From assembly GCA_963701965.1 (NCBI GenBank), contig OY969695.1:2208001-2272000 (forward strand): a stretch of DNA of 64,000 nt, in the 5' to 3' direction. Below are positions 48,810 through 58,645 of this stretch, piece by piece. A model generated the notes under the pieces. The model was not told the origin of the DNA and searched no databases. It worked only from the letters and a program-made list of their open reading frames with translations. This DNA comes from an uncultured Gemmatimonadales bacterium (GTDB lineage Bacteria; Gemmatimonadota; Gemmatimonadetes; Gemmatimonadales; Gemmatimonadaceae). The stretch's first letter is position 1, and each line of letters begins with the position of its first letter. The translations under genes were made by a program, and so were the position numbers.

Positions 48810-49817
48810 TTACGTCGTCGTAAGCGACGGCGACGCGGGGCAGCCGCTCCATACGGCCGTGACCGTCGTGCCATCGCTGAACTTGATCACCAGCGTACCG
48901 CTCACGACGCTGCCGATATTCGTCGTGCACGTATTGTCGATCACGAGCGGGGTGGGCGTCGACACCGTGAACGCAATGTTCCCGCTTTCAAGTTGGTTAT
49001 TCGCCTGCGGCACACTGATGAAATAGTTCCAACTGCCGTTCAGGCTGAGCGATCCGTTGGGTACGGAGAACGCCTCGGTGATGACGTCGCCGGTATACGT
49101 GTAGGTCGCCGCGAACTTTTCGGTGATGCCGATCGTGTCCGCCGTGCTACCCTCGTGTATCCCGAAGCCCCACGACGCGGTATCGGACTCCGCGATGATG
49201 CCGGGTGTGTTGCTCACGCCGATCGAGCCGTTGATACCCAGCGCGATGCTCGTGTCGGCCGACTCCTTGATCGAGATGCCGAAGTTCTTGAATACTTCCT
49301 CGAAATTGAGGCCGGGGCTGTTCGGCACCGGATCCCACACGCTGATGCTGCCGGTTTCGGTGAGCGATCCCGAGACGCAGTCCGACCCGAAGGCGATCAC
49401 GATGGTGTCCGTCGGGATGCCGAGCGAGTTGTACGTCGGATTGGCGGGGGTGGTGCTGGGACAATCGGTCGGAGTCGACTGCTTGGCGTGCAGTTGCAGT
49501 GACACCTTGGACGGGATCGAGCGGCCCAGAATGTGAGCGAGCGTCGCCGTGCGACGCGGCAGCGTGCGCTGGAAGCCGAAACCGACGAACGGATCGGTGA
49601 AGCCGCTGCTGAAGTCCGCGTTGACAATGTTCTGGACGGAGGACTCGACCTCAATGACGACCGAGCTGTCGAGGGCGGCCTGCTCGGCAGGGCTCAGCGA
49701 TTTGAACGAGTCGAGATTTTTCGGCGACGTGGCGCTGTCACTGCCACCGCAGGCGGCGAGGGTGAATACCGCGGTAATACCGGCGAACAGCGTGGCCATC
49801 GTGTACGGACGACGCAT
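48810..49817 (-). CDS. hypothetical Ser/Thr-rich lipoprotein
   Basis: LAAC-GG lipobox; beta-rich composition with four further Cys. Confidence 0.75.
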   Translation of the reverse strand: MRRPYTMATLFAGITAVFTLAACGGSDSATSPKNLDSFKSLSPAEQAALDSSVVIEVESSVQNIVNADFSSGFTDPFVGFGFQRTLPRRTATLAHILGRSIPSKVSLQLHAKQSTPTDCPSTTPANPTYNSLGIPTDTIVIAFGSDCVSGSLTETGSISVWDPVPNSPGLNFEEVFKNFGISIKESADTSIALGINGSIGVSNTPGIIAESDTASWGFGIHEGSTADTIGITEKFAATYTYTGDVITEAFSVPNGSLSLNGSWNYFISVPQANNQLESGNIAFTVSTPTPLVIDNTCTTNIGSVVSGTLVIKFSDGTTVTAVWSGCPASPSLTTT

Positions 49818-50023
49818 GCGGACAGGCTCCAGGGTTGGGAAGGTTGGCATAGGGCGCATCGCGACGTAGGCAGGACGACTGGCATCCCGCCGGCGCCACG
49901 CAAGGGAAACCGTGCCTTGCTGACGGGAGGAGCATACACCGGCGCCCTCACCAGATTTGTTATCGATTCCATTGACAACGAGATGATGACAAACGTCGGA
50001 TCGGATGCCCCTATCCTGCCGCG

Positions 50024-53000
50024 GTGCACTCTTTGCGCTCCGCGACGATGCTCCTCTCGTCCGCTCACGATTCCGTTACACTCGCTCCGATTCTCGCGGC
50101 GCTCCGATTCGCCGCTGCCAGACAGATAGACGCGGACGACCGCGCCCGCTTAGGTCTCGGCGCCCTGGCGAGTGAGGCCTGGGTCGCCCGCGGCGACGGT
50201 GCCCTCCGCGCCCTGATCATCACGCCCCGCGCCGGGATGCCGGCGCGGCATCTGGTTGGCCTCGTCGCCGAGCGCCTGGCGCGCCGCGCGCCACATCTGC
50301 TATGGCTTCTGATCGCGGTGGATAGCGGCGAGGCCGGGGGATCGCTGGCTTTGGCCGCGTGGTCGGCGGACCGCGTGCCGCCGCGCGTCGCCGCCCTCAT
50401 CGTCGACCGCGCCCACGTCGTCGAAAGTGACGCGGATACGATCGTCGCGCTGGAAGCCGCGGCCGCGATCGGTCCAACCGATCCAGACGGCGCGCTGACG
50501 CACACGCGCTGGATCGACATTCTGGGCCGCGAAGGCCTCGGGCGCCGGTTCCACCGCGCGGTCGCGCGGGCGGTCAATGCGCTGGCGGCCGGCAGCGAGG
50601 GACGCGCCGCGGCCAGCGAGCGGCACGAGATCGCCCTCCTGTACACGTGCCGGCTCCTGTTTCTCGCGTTTCTCGAGGCCAAGGGTTGGCTCGACGGAGA
50701 CCGCGCGTTTTTGGGACGCGCATTCGATCGCTGCGTCGCTGGCGCCGGCGGGGTGCACGCGCGCGTGTTGCTGCCGCTTTTCTTCGGCACACTGAACACA
50801 CCGCCGCATCGGCGCGCCGCGCGCGCCCGCGCGTTCGGACGCATCCCTTTTCTCAACGGCGGGTTGTTCGCGCCGGCGCCGGTCGAACGCCGGCGCGGTA
50901 TCCGCTTCACCGATGCCGCGCTCGGCGTGCTCTTTGGCGACGTCCTGCCCCATTTTCGCTTCCGGCCGCACGAGGACCACACCGAGTCGGCGATCGATCC
51001 CGCGATGCTGGGCCGAACGTTCGAGTCGCTCATGGAGACGGTCGCGCGACGGACGAGCGGCACGTATTACACGCCGCGGGCGTTGGTCGACACCGCCGTC
51101 GTCGCCGCCATCGCCCAGTTGTTGACGGGAGACGGGCTCACTGCCGCCGAGGCCGAGGCGTTCGTGCGAGGCGGACCAGTCGCCCACGAGCTCAGCGACG
51201 CAATGCGCGCGCGCCTCGGCTCCGTACGCGTTCTCGATCCCGCGTGCGGCTCAGGTGCGTTTCTGGTGCACGTGCTCGAGACCCTCGCCGCGCTCGCGGC
51301 GCGACTCGGCGACACCCGTCCCCTCGGCGAGTTGCGCGCCGCGATCCTGACGCAGTCGATCTTCGGCGTCGACACGAATCCGACGGCGGTCTGGCTCTGC
51401 GAGCTCCGCTTGTGGCTTTCCGTCGTGATCGAGAGCGAAGTCACAGATCCGCTCGCCGTTTCGCCTCTGCCGAATCTCGACCGCAACGTGCGCGTCGGCA
51501 ATTCCCTCGCGGGCGGCGGCGCGTCATGCACGAACGCCCCGGGCATAGCGCTCCTGCGCCGCCGCTACGTGACGGCGACGGGCACGCGCAAGCGCGCGGT
51601 CGCAATGGCGCTCGATCGCGCCGAGCGGGCAGTGGCCATCGCCCACGTCACCCGCACCTTGCAGCGCGTGCGCGGACAGCGCGCGGATCTCCTGGCGGCC
51701 GGGCGCGGACGTGACTTGTTCGGGCATCACGTGGCGCCACACACCGAGCGGCTCACGGCGTTGCGCACCGAGTCCCGGGCCCTGCGCCGGCAGTTGACGG
51801 CACTGCGGGACGGCGCGGCACTGCCATTCGCCTACGCCGTGCAGTTCGCCGAGGCGGCGCTGGGGTTCGACGCCATCGTCGGCAACCCCCCGTGGGTGCG
51901 GCTGCACAACATCCCGGCGTCGGAACGCGAGCGATTGCGCGCCGGGTTCCGCACGTTCCGCGAGGCGGCCTGGATGCACGGCGCGCGACTGGCGCGCGCC
52001 GGACAGGGCTTCGGCTCGCAGGTCGACCTCGCGGCGCTCTTCGCCGAGCGCGCCGTGTCGCTGTGCCGCCCCGGCGGCGTCATCGCGCTTCTGGTCCCGG
52101 CCAAGCTCTTTCGCGCCCTGGCCGGCGGCGGCTTCCGCGCCCTGCTCCGGCGCGACACGCGGATCACCGCGATCGAGGACTGGTCCGACGCCGAGCCGGC
52201 GTTCGACGCGGCGGTGTACCCCGCGCTCGTCGTCGCGCGTCGCGCCGATCCGGCCGGGACGCGCAATGCGATGACCCGCGTCGCCGTGCATCAGCGCGGC
52301 GGCCGCGCGCGCCGCTGGGTCGCGCCGGTCGATCGGCTGGCACTCGACGCCACGGACGGGTGTCCGTGGGCACTCATTCCGCCCGCGGTGCGCGGGGCAT
52401 TCGACGCGGTCGTCGCCGCCGGCGTGCCAATGCACGAGACGCGGTTCGGCGCGCCATGGCTCGGCGTCAAGTCGGGGCTCAACGCGGCATTCGTGGTCAC
52501 CACGGCCGATGACGGCGAAAACGCCGGTGACCCGGCTAGCGCCAGTGGGATCACCCGGATAGTCGGGCGCGGCGAGCGCGGTGCACCACGGTGTGGCCTG
52601 ATGGAAACGGCGCTCCTCCGCCCGCTCATCCGCGGCGAGACGATCACGCCGTGGGTGGCGCGCGGCCGCGAACGGCTCGTGTGGGCGCACGACGCCGAGG
52701 TCCTGCCCGAACACGCCGCGCGCTGGCTCGCGCCTTGGCGCCATCGTTTGCGGGCCCGGAGCGATACGCGCGGCGGCCGCTGGTGGCGGCTCTTTCGCGC
52801 GGAGAGCGCCGATGCCCGCCACCCGCGCGTCGTCTGGGCCGACATCGGGCGATCGCCGCGCGCCGCGGTGCTCCCGGCCGGCTGCCCGTCGGTCGCTCTC
52901 AATAGCTGCTACCTGGCGCGCTGCCCCGACCTCGGCGATGCGCTGGCATTCGCGGCGCTCCTCAACGGACCGCTGGCCGCGGCCTGGCTCAACGCCATCG

Positions 53001-53233
53001 CCGAGCCCGCGCGCGGCGGCTGGCGCCGCTACCTGGGCTGGACCGTCGGCCTCTTGCCCATTCCCCGCGACTGGCCCCGCGCCCGTCGTCGCTTGTCCGC
53101 GCTGGGCGAGCGCGCGATCGGCGGCGAGATCGTCGGACTCGACGAGCTGTGGGACGCGGCGGTCGACGCCTATCGTCTCCCGCCGGCCGCCGTCGCGCCT
53201 CTGGCCGCGTGGGTCCTGGGCCCGAGTCGCTGA
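50024..53233 (+). CDS. large N6-adenine DNA methyltransferase (Eco57I/type IIG-like) with C-terminal specificity region
   Basis: IPFLNGGLF, LGRTFESL, GTYYTP, VLDPACGSGAFL, IFGVD, LPNLD.N..VGNSL, FDAIVGNPPWV. Confidence 0.9.
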   Translation: MHSLRSATMLLSSAHDSVTLAPILAALRFAAARQIDADDRARLGLGALASEAWVARGDGALRALIITPRAGMPARHLVGLVAERLARRAPHLLWLLIAVDSGEAGGSLALAAWSADRVPPRVAALIVDRAHVVESDADTIVALEAAAAIGPTDPDGALTHTRWIDILGREGLGRRFHRAVARAVNALAAGSEGRAAASERHEIALLYTCRLLFLAFLEAKGWLDGDRAFLGRAFDRCVAGAGGVHARVLLPLFFGTLNTPPHRRAARARAFGRIPFLNGGLFAPAPVERRRGIRFTDAALGVLFGDVLPHFRFRPHEDHTESAIDPAMLGRTFESLMETVARRTSGTYYTPRALVDTAVVAAIAQLLTGDGLTAAEAEAFVRGGPVAHELSDAMRARLGSVRVLDPACGSGAFLVHVLETLAALAARLGDTRPLGELRAAILTQSIFGVDTNPTAVWLCELRLWLSVVIESEVTDPLAVSPLPNLDRNVRVGNSLAGGGASCTNAPGIALLRRRYVTATGTRKRAVAMALDRAERAVAIAHVTRTLQRVRGQRADLLAAGRGRDLFGHHVAPHTERLTALRTESRALRRQLTALRDGAALPFAYAVQFAEAALGFDAIVGNPPWVRLHNIPASERERLRAGFRTFREAAWMHGARLARAGQGFGSQVDLAALFAERAVSLCRPGGVIALLVPAKLFRALAGGGFRALLRRDTRITAIEDWSDAEPAFDAAVYPALVVARRADPAGTRNAMTRVAVHQRGGRARRWVAPVDRLALDATDGCPWALIPPAVRGAFDAVVAAGVPMHETRFGAPWLGVKSGLNAAFVVTTADDGENAGDPASASGITRIVGRGERGAPRCGLMETALLRPLIRGETITPWVARGRERLVWAHDAEVLPEHAARWLAPWRHRLRARSDTRGGRWWRLFRAESADARHPRVVWADIGRSPRAAVLPAGCPSVALNSCYLARCPDLGDALAFAALLNGPLAAAWLNAIAEPARGGWRRYLGWTVGLLPIPRDWPRARRRLSALGERAIGGEIVGLDELWDAAVDAYRLPPAAVAPLAAWVLGPSR

Positions 53234-55452
53234 TCACCACGCGCGCCGCGTTAGCGCGCGTGTGGCTCGGGGACGCGGTTGCTGTCCCTATCCAGCTCGG
53301 CGCGATCACGCTCCATCCCCACCAAGCCTCCGCCGTCGCGCGCCTGGAGCGGGCCCTGGCCGAATTCGGCGGCGCGCTGCTCGCCGACGAGACAGGACTG
53401 GGCAAGACGTACGTGGCCGCCGCCCTCATCGCCAGGGCCCGGCGCCCGCTGGTCATCGCGCCCGCCGGGCTCCGCGCGATGTGGCACCAGGCTTTGACGG
53501 CCAGCGGCACGCACGCCACCGTCCACTCGGTCGAGGCCTTGAGTCGCGGCCGGCTGCCGGAAGCTGGGTGCCAGGATCCCGGCGCAGCCGGGATCAGTCC
53601 AACCGACCCCGGATCTCGCGACGCGGAGCGTGGGCGAGATCTCGTCGTGGTCGACGAGGCCCATCACTTCCGGAACCCGCACACCCGCCGCTACGCAGCC
53701 CTCTCGGCGCTCGCCATCGGCGCCCGCGTCCTCCTGCTGTCAGCGACGCCCGTCCACAACCGGCGACGCGATCTCATCGCGCTCCTGGCGCTCTTTCTGG
53801 GCGCCCAGGCGGCCGACGAGACGACGCGGGGACGGGTCATCGTGCGCCGCCTGCACACCGCGGAGACGCGGCCGCGCGTGGATCCCACGCGGTGGTTGAC
53901 CGTTCCCCACGACGACGCAACGCTGGACGCGATATTGGCCCTGCCACCGCCGGTGCCGCCGAGCGACGGCGGCAGCGCCGGCGCGCTCGTGGCTCTCGGT
54001 CTCATCCGCCAGTGGGCATCGAGCAGCGCCGCCCTGCGCGCCGCATTGCGCCGGCGCCTGGAGCGCGCCGGCGCACTAGCCTCCGCGCTCGAATGCGGGC
54101 GGCATCCCACCGATCGCGATATCCGCGGTTGGTGTCTGGGCGACGGCGCCGTCCAGCTCGCCTTTCCCGAGCTGCTCATTCCCCAGCCGACCATGGAGGC
54201 GGGCGCGTTGCTCTCCGCCGTGCGCGCGCACGAAGCGGCCGTCGCCCAGTTGCTGCGCGACGTGCGCGACCGCCCTGATCCCGACATCGCGCGCGGCGCG
54301 CGGTTGCGCGCGATCATTGCGCGACACCCCGGCCAGAAGATCGTGGCGTTCTCCGTCTTCGAGGACACGGTGCGGGCCCTGGCGCGTCGTCTGGCGCGCG
54401 ACGCCCGCGTGTGCGCCCTGGGCAGCCGCGGCGGTGTCGTCGCCAATGGAACGCTGACGCGCGCCGCCGCGATCGCGCGTTTCGCACCACTCGGCACCGG
54501 CGCCGCCGACGCGATTGATGTATTGCTCGCGACCGACCTGCTGAGCGAGGGCGTCAACCTGCAGGATGCCTCCGTCATCGTGCACCTCGATCTCCCGTGG
54601 ACACCCGCGCGCATCGAACAGCGCATCGGTCGCGCGGCACGGCTCGGGTCGCCGCATGCGTGCGTCACCGTGTATGCGATGGCGCCGCCCGTCGCGGTCG
54701 AACGATGTCTCGGCGTGCAGCGCCGCCTCGAGGAAAAGCTTCGCCACGCCGCGCGCGGCCTCGGAACGAGCGGCCTGATCGTGCCGCGCGCACTGGACGT
54801 GACGTTCGACATGCGCGCAACGTGCGAACGGTGGCTTGCCGCCGGCGGTCAGCGAGAGTGCCAGGCAGGCTATCCGTGGGCCGCCATTCGCGCGCCGCGC
54901 ACCGGATATCTCGCCGCCGTCCGCGCCGGCGGTGTCCCGTCGCTCGTGGTCGATCTCGGCGACGGCCCAACAGACGATACGGATGCGGTGGCCCGCGCCG
55001 TATCGCTGGCCGATGGGCCGGTCCTAACGGCGCCGGCGCGCCCCGAGGGCACCGAGCGGGCGGCACGAGCCTGGGGCGCGCGGCGGTGCGCCGCCCGCGA
55101 CGCCGGCACGCTCGCCTCCGACGACCCGCGGCGCGCCGCAAGGCGGATCGCGCGGCGGATCGCGCGGGCTATTCGGCGCGCCCCCGCGCACCGGCGTCCG
55201 ATCGTCGCCGCGTTGGCCGCCCGCGCGCGCCGCGCGCTTGCGCCGGCCGGTGCCGGCACCGAGCGCGCCCTCGCCGCGCTCGTGGACGCCGCGCTCGCCG
55301 ACGAAGCCTGGCTCACCGCCGTCGCGGCACTCGCCCGCGCGCCACATCCCACCACCGCCACCGGTGGTGCGCAAGACGATGTGACCGTGCTCGCGCTGCT
55401 GCTGTTTCGCGCCGCGCCGTCGGAGTCGCGGGAGTGTCGGCCAGGGCCTTGA
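53230..55452 (+). CDS. SNF2-like superfamily 2 helicase
   Basis: LLADETGLGKT, VVDEAH.FRN, LSATP.HN, TDLLSEGVNLQ, DLPW.P..IEQRIGR; start uncertain (CTGA overlap at 53230 or GTG 53260). Confidence 0.88.
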   Translation: MITTRAALARVWLGDAVAVPIQLGAITLHPHQASAVARLERALAEFGGALLADETGLGKTYVAAALIARARRPLVIAPAGLRAMWHQALTASGTHATVHSVEALSRGRLPEAGCQDPGAAGISPTDPGSRDAERGRDLVVVDEAHHFRNPHTRRYAALSALAIGARVLLLSATPVHNRRRDLIALLALFLGAQAADETTRGRVIVRRLHTAETRPRVDPTRWLTVPHDDATLDAILALPPPVPPSDGGSAGALVALGLIRQWASSSAALRAALRRRLERAGALASALECGRHPTDRDIRGWCLGDGAVQLAFPELLIPQPTMEAGALLSAVRAHEAAVAQLLRDVRDRPDPDIARGARLRAIIARHPGQKIVAFSVFEDTVRALARRLARDARVCALGSRGGVVANGTLTRAAAIARFAPLGTGAADAIDVLLATDLLSEGVNLQDASVIVHLDLPWTPARIEQRIGRAARLGSPHACVTVYAMAPPVAVERCLGVQRRLEEKLRHAARGLGTSGLIVPRALDVTFDMRATCERWLAAGGQRECQAGYPWAAIRAPRTGYLAAVRAGGVPSLVVDLGDGPTDDTDAVARAVSLADGPVLTAPARPEGTERAARAWGARRCAARDAGTLASDDPRRAARRIARRIARAIRRAPAHRRPIVAALAARARRALAPAGAGTERALAALVDAALADEAWLTAVAALARAPHPTTATGGAQDDVTVLALLLFRAAPSESRECRPGP

Positions 55453-55479
55453 CCTTGACGCTGCGTCAGCCGGCATCGT
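55449..55479 (+). promoter_or_regulatory. MerR-type promoter/operator
   Basis: TTGACC, 19-bp spacer, CATCGT; dyad TGACGC-T-GCGTCA inside the spacer. Confidence 0.75.
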
Positions 55480-55485
55480 GTGCCC

Positions 55486-56130
55486 ATGCCGGCAGTCCTC
55501 ATGCAAACCGCGGTCGCGCTCCTCACCTACGCCTACGGCGCGAATTGGACGGCGGGACGCGCCCAGCGCGATATGTTGATGTTCGAGTATTACAGCGGCT
55601 GGGCCCACGGCGACGAGTACGTCTATCTCGAGACCCAGAACGTCGCGACGCACACCAATGGGTCGACCGTCGGCACCGGCGAAACCACACCCTACGCCGA
55701 AGTGCATGCCCGACTTGGCGGCGCCGTCGACGGGGGACCCATCCGCGGGCTGTACGTCGCCAACCAAATCGACGCGGGCCAAGGATACATTGTCCTCTTG
55801 TCCGGCGCCGGCATCCGGTGGGGCGGAGGGTTCCAGACGGACCTGTACCTCCGCTATGACCCCGGTCTGGCGAAGCCGACGTGGCAGGCGACCACGTACG
55901 GCGAATGGGCGTTCCGTATCGGACCTGTTCATGTGCGATACGGTGGGTATATCAAGGCCGTGGGATCCGAAGGGTCGTCGGTGACCTTCGTAGTAAGCGA
56001 TACGCGACTCGTGTGGGAGCCGGTTCGGCATCTGGGGGCCGGGGTCGCGCTGCGGCTGTGGCGCAACGATTCTGGTGTCCGGGGGATTGATCAGATGGTG
56101 CCCGAGGCCATCCTCCAATGGAGGTTCTAG
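55486..56130 (+). CDS. Tsx-like outer membrane beta-barrel
   Basis: L.FEYYSGW.HGD.Y.Y motif; alternating beta strands; terminal Phe (LQWRF). Confidence 0.6.
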   Translation: MPAVLMQTAVALLTYAYGANWTAGRAQRDMLMFEYYSGWAHGDEYVYLETQNVATHTNGSTVGTGETTPYAEVHARLGGAVDGGPIRGLYVANQIDAGQGYIVLLSGAGIRWGGGFQTDLYLRYDPGLAKPTWQATTYGEWAFRIGPVHVRYGGYIKAVGSEGSSVTFVVSDTRLVWEPVRHLGAGVALRLWRNDSGVRGIDQMVPEAILQWRF

Positions 56131-56882
56131 CGGTGTTACCGATCGGCGAGTTCGCGGAGATGGCTGGCGTCACGCATCGCTTGTTGCGGCACTACGAGGC
56201 CGTTGGCGTGCTGGCGCCCGCGGAAACGGACCGGCGTACCGGCTATCGCTATTACGCGCGAGCGCAGGTCGCGACGCTGCAGCGCGTGCTCGCCTATCGG
56301 GACGCCGGCGTGCCCTTGGCGGTCATCGCCGACTTGCTGCGAGACGATGCGCCGCGCGGGTTGCTCGAGCGGCAGCGCGACGCGCTGGTCGCGGCGCGGG
56401 TCGCGCTCGATCGGAAGCTCGAGCTGCTCGACGCCGAGATCCACCGGCTCGCCACGCGCCCGTTTCGAGTCAAGTGGACGGCGCCCGTGTGGACGGCGTC
56501 GGTTCGACGCTCGATTCCGACGTACGCCGAAGCGGATGCTTTGCTGCGGGAGCTCAAGGCCATGTGCGCCGCCCGAGAGGCGACGCCGTCAGCGGCGATC
56601 TGGCATTCGTGCCGTCCCGACCTGGGGCGCATCGATTGCGAGATGCAGGTCGTCTTTCGCCACGAGCGGCGGGGGTTGAGACCGATGCCCCGTCAGCTTG
56701 TCGTGAGCTTCGCGCACACGGGGTCCGACAGCGAGCTGCCGCTCATCTACGGAGAGATGAAGCGGTGGGCGGTCGCGGCGCGGTATCGCCCGTGTGGGCC
56801 CCTCCGCGAAGTGTACTGGAGTGGCGTTGACGGGCCGCCGATCACCGAGGTGCAGTTTCCGGTCAATCCTGGAGGCACATGA
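56118..56882 (+). CDS. MerR family regulator with GyrI-like effector domain
   Basis: IGEFA..GVT.R.LRHYE..G.L.P..D..TGYRYY; C-terminal REVY..ITEVQFPV. Confidence 0.9.
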   Translation: MEVLAVLPIGEFAEMAGVTHRLLRHYEAVGVLAPAETDRRTGYRYYARAQVATLQRVLAYRDAGVPLAVIADLLRDDAPRGLLERQRDALVAARVALDRKLELLDAEIHRLATRPFRVKWTAPVWTASVRRSIPTYAEADALLRELKAMCAAREATPSAAIWHSCRPDLGRIDCEMQVVFRHERRGLRPMPRQLVVSFAHTGSDSELPLIYGEMKRWAVAARYRPCGPLREVYWSGVDGPPITEVQFPVNPGGT

Positions 56883-57274
56883 ACAAATTCACGAATCCGC
56901 CAACGATGCCGGCGCTGCCCGGCTACTCGCAGGTCGTCGAGACGACGGGCCATCGCACGATCTACATCGCGGGACAGGTCGCCCTCGATCGCGCCGGCGT
57001 ACTCGTGGGCGCGAACGATGCCGAAGCGCAAGCGGCGCAAGTGCTGGAGAATGTGCGCTTAGCCGTGGAGGCCGCGGGCGGCGGTCTCCAGCATATCGTG
57101 AAGCTCACGCACTACGTGACGGACATGGCGACCGCGCTCCCGGCCTACCGAAAAGTGCGACAGACACTGGTGCGCTTCGATCCGCCGCCGGCGAGCACGT
57201 TCGTCGAGGTGCGCCGGCTATTTCGGGACGAATTTCTCATCGAGATCGACGCAGTCGCCGTGCTGCCGGACTAG
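56879..57274 (+). CDS. RidA/YjgF family protein
   Basis: GYSQ, IYIAGQV, PASTFVEV..L...LIEIDAVA. Confidence 0.92.
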   Translation: MNKFTNPPTMPALPGYSQVVETTGHRTIYIAGQVALDRAGVLVGANDAEAQAAQVLENVRLAVEAAGGGLQHIVKLTHYVTDMATALPAYRKVRQTLVRFDPPPASTFVEVRRLFRDEFLIEIDAVAVLPD

Positions 57275-57297
57275 CGCTGCGTTAGCTTCTGCCGGGG

Positions 57298-57957
57298 ATG
57301 CCCATACCACCCGCGCGGCGTGCGGTGCTGTTCGATCTGGATGGCACGTTGCTCGACACGATCGAGCTCCTCCTCAGCAGCGTGCGCTTCGCCTTTCGCG
57401 ACCGCCGCGGCTCTGTCCCGACCACGGAGGAATGGGTGGCGGGCATCGGCACGCCCCTCATCACCCAGCTCCGCGCCTACGCCACCGACGAAGCCGATCT
57501 GGCAAGCCTGATCGAGGGGTATCGCGAGTATCAGCGCGCCCATCACGATCAGCTGACGCGCGCCTACGCCGACGCCATCGAGACCGTGGCCGAGCTGCAC
57601 CGGCGCGGCCACCGCATGGCCGTCGTCACATCCAAGGCCACGGACATCGCCAACCGGAGTTTGACCTTCGTCGGACTGGACCATTACATCGAGTTCGTCG
57701 TCGGCTTCGACACGACCGATCGGCACAAGCCCGATCCGACACCCGTGCGCTATGCGGTCGAGGCGCTGGGTGTCGACGCGTCCGAGACCCTCTTCGTCGG
57801 CGACTCGCCACACGACATGCTCGCCGGAAACGCGGCCGGTGTTATCACCGTAGGGGCCCTGTGGGGGCCGTTTCCGCGCGCGGCACTGTTGGCCGCGGCG
57901 CCGCGCTACTCTCTGGACCGCATCGGCGATCTCCCGGCACTGCTGGATCGGCTCTAA
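57298..57957 (+). CDS. HAD superfamily hydrolase (PpaX/Gph-like)
   Basis: FDLDGTLLDT, VVTSK, KPDP.P, VGDSPHD. Confidence 0.92.
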   Translation: MPIPPARRAVLFDLDGTLLDTIELLLSSVRFAFRDRRGSVPTTEEWVAGIGTPLITQLRAYATDEADLASLIEGYREYQRAHHDQLTRAYADAIETVAELHRRGHRMAVVTSKATDIANRSLTFVGLDHYIEFVVGFDTTDRHKPDPTPVRYAVEALGVDASETLFVGDSPHDMLAGNAAGVITVGALWGPFPRAALLAAAPRYSLDRIGDLPALLDRL

Positions 57958-58051
57958 GAGACCGGAGGAGGGCAGGTGCGCCTCAACAGCATTCAAACCT
58001 TCAGGGCCGTCCGGCGATCTCAATTCGTGAGACGCATGAATAGCCCGCACG

Positions 58052-58645
58052 ATGCTCGTGGCGCCGCCTGAGGCGGCTAACGACGCCCAAGCCGCCCGCG
58101 CGGCAGAGGCGACCGATCTCTCGGCAGCCAATGGCGGAGATCGGGAGGCGTTCGAGCGGCTGTACCGGGCGCACGTCGATCGGGTGTTTTCGCTGTGCGT
58201 CCGGATGTCGGGCGATCGGGTGCTGGCGGAGGAGTTGACGCAGGATGTGTTCGTGCGGGCGTGGGAACGGTTGGCGTCATTCCGGGGCGACAGCGCGTTT
58301 GGCACATGGCTCTACCGGTTGGCGGTAAACGTCGTGCTCAACGCGCGGAAGACCGCGGGAAGACATTGGAAGCGGTTTCTGGACGAAAGCGGCAGCGAGT
58401 CCGACAGTTATGACAACCTGCCGCGCGAGACGGGAGCCTCCACTTCGTCTGATCCGGGAGGCAAGCTGGACTTGGAAACGGCGGTGGCGACGCTGCCGCC
58501 TGGCGCACGACGGGTGTTCGTGCTCCATGACGTGCAAGGATACCGACACGAGGAGATCGCCGAGATGCTGGGGATAACGTCGGGGGGCAGCAAAGCGCAG
58601 TTGCACCGGGCCCGGCTCCTCATGCGCGGCGCGTTGGCCCGATGA
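58052..58645 (+). CDS. ECF sigma factor
   Basis: AEELTQDVF.RAW, F.TWLYRLAVN, LP...R.VFVL....GY..EEIA..LG...G..K..LHRAR. Confidence 0.93.
   Translation: MLVAPPEAANDAQAARAAEATDLSAANGGDREAFERLYRAHVDRVFSLCVRMSGDRVLAEELTQDVFVRAWERLASFRGDSAFGTWLYRLAVNVVLNARKTAGRHWKRFLDESGSESDSYDNLPRETGASTSSDPGGKLDLETAVATLPPGARRVFVLHDVQGYRHEEIAEMLGITSGGSKAQLHRARLLMRGALAR

Noticed and set aside
50024..55452. Complete DISARM or BREX system
   Set aside because: No drmA/B/C or pglZ/brxC/brxL homologues adjacent; flanks are a lipoprotein and a MerR operon
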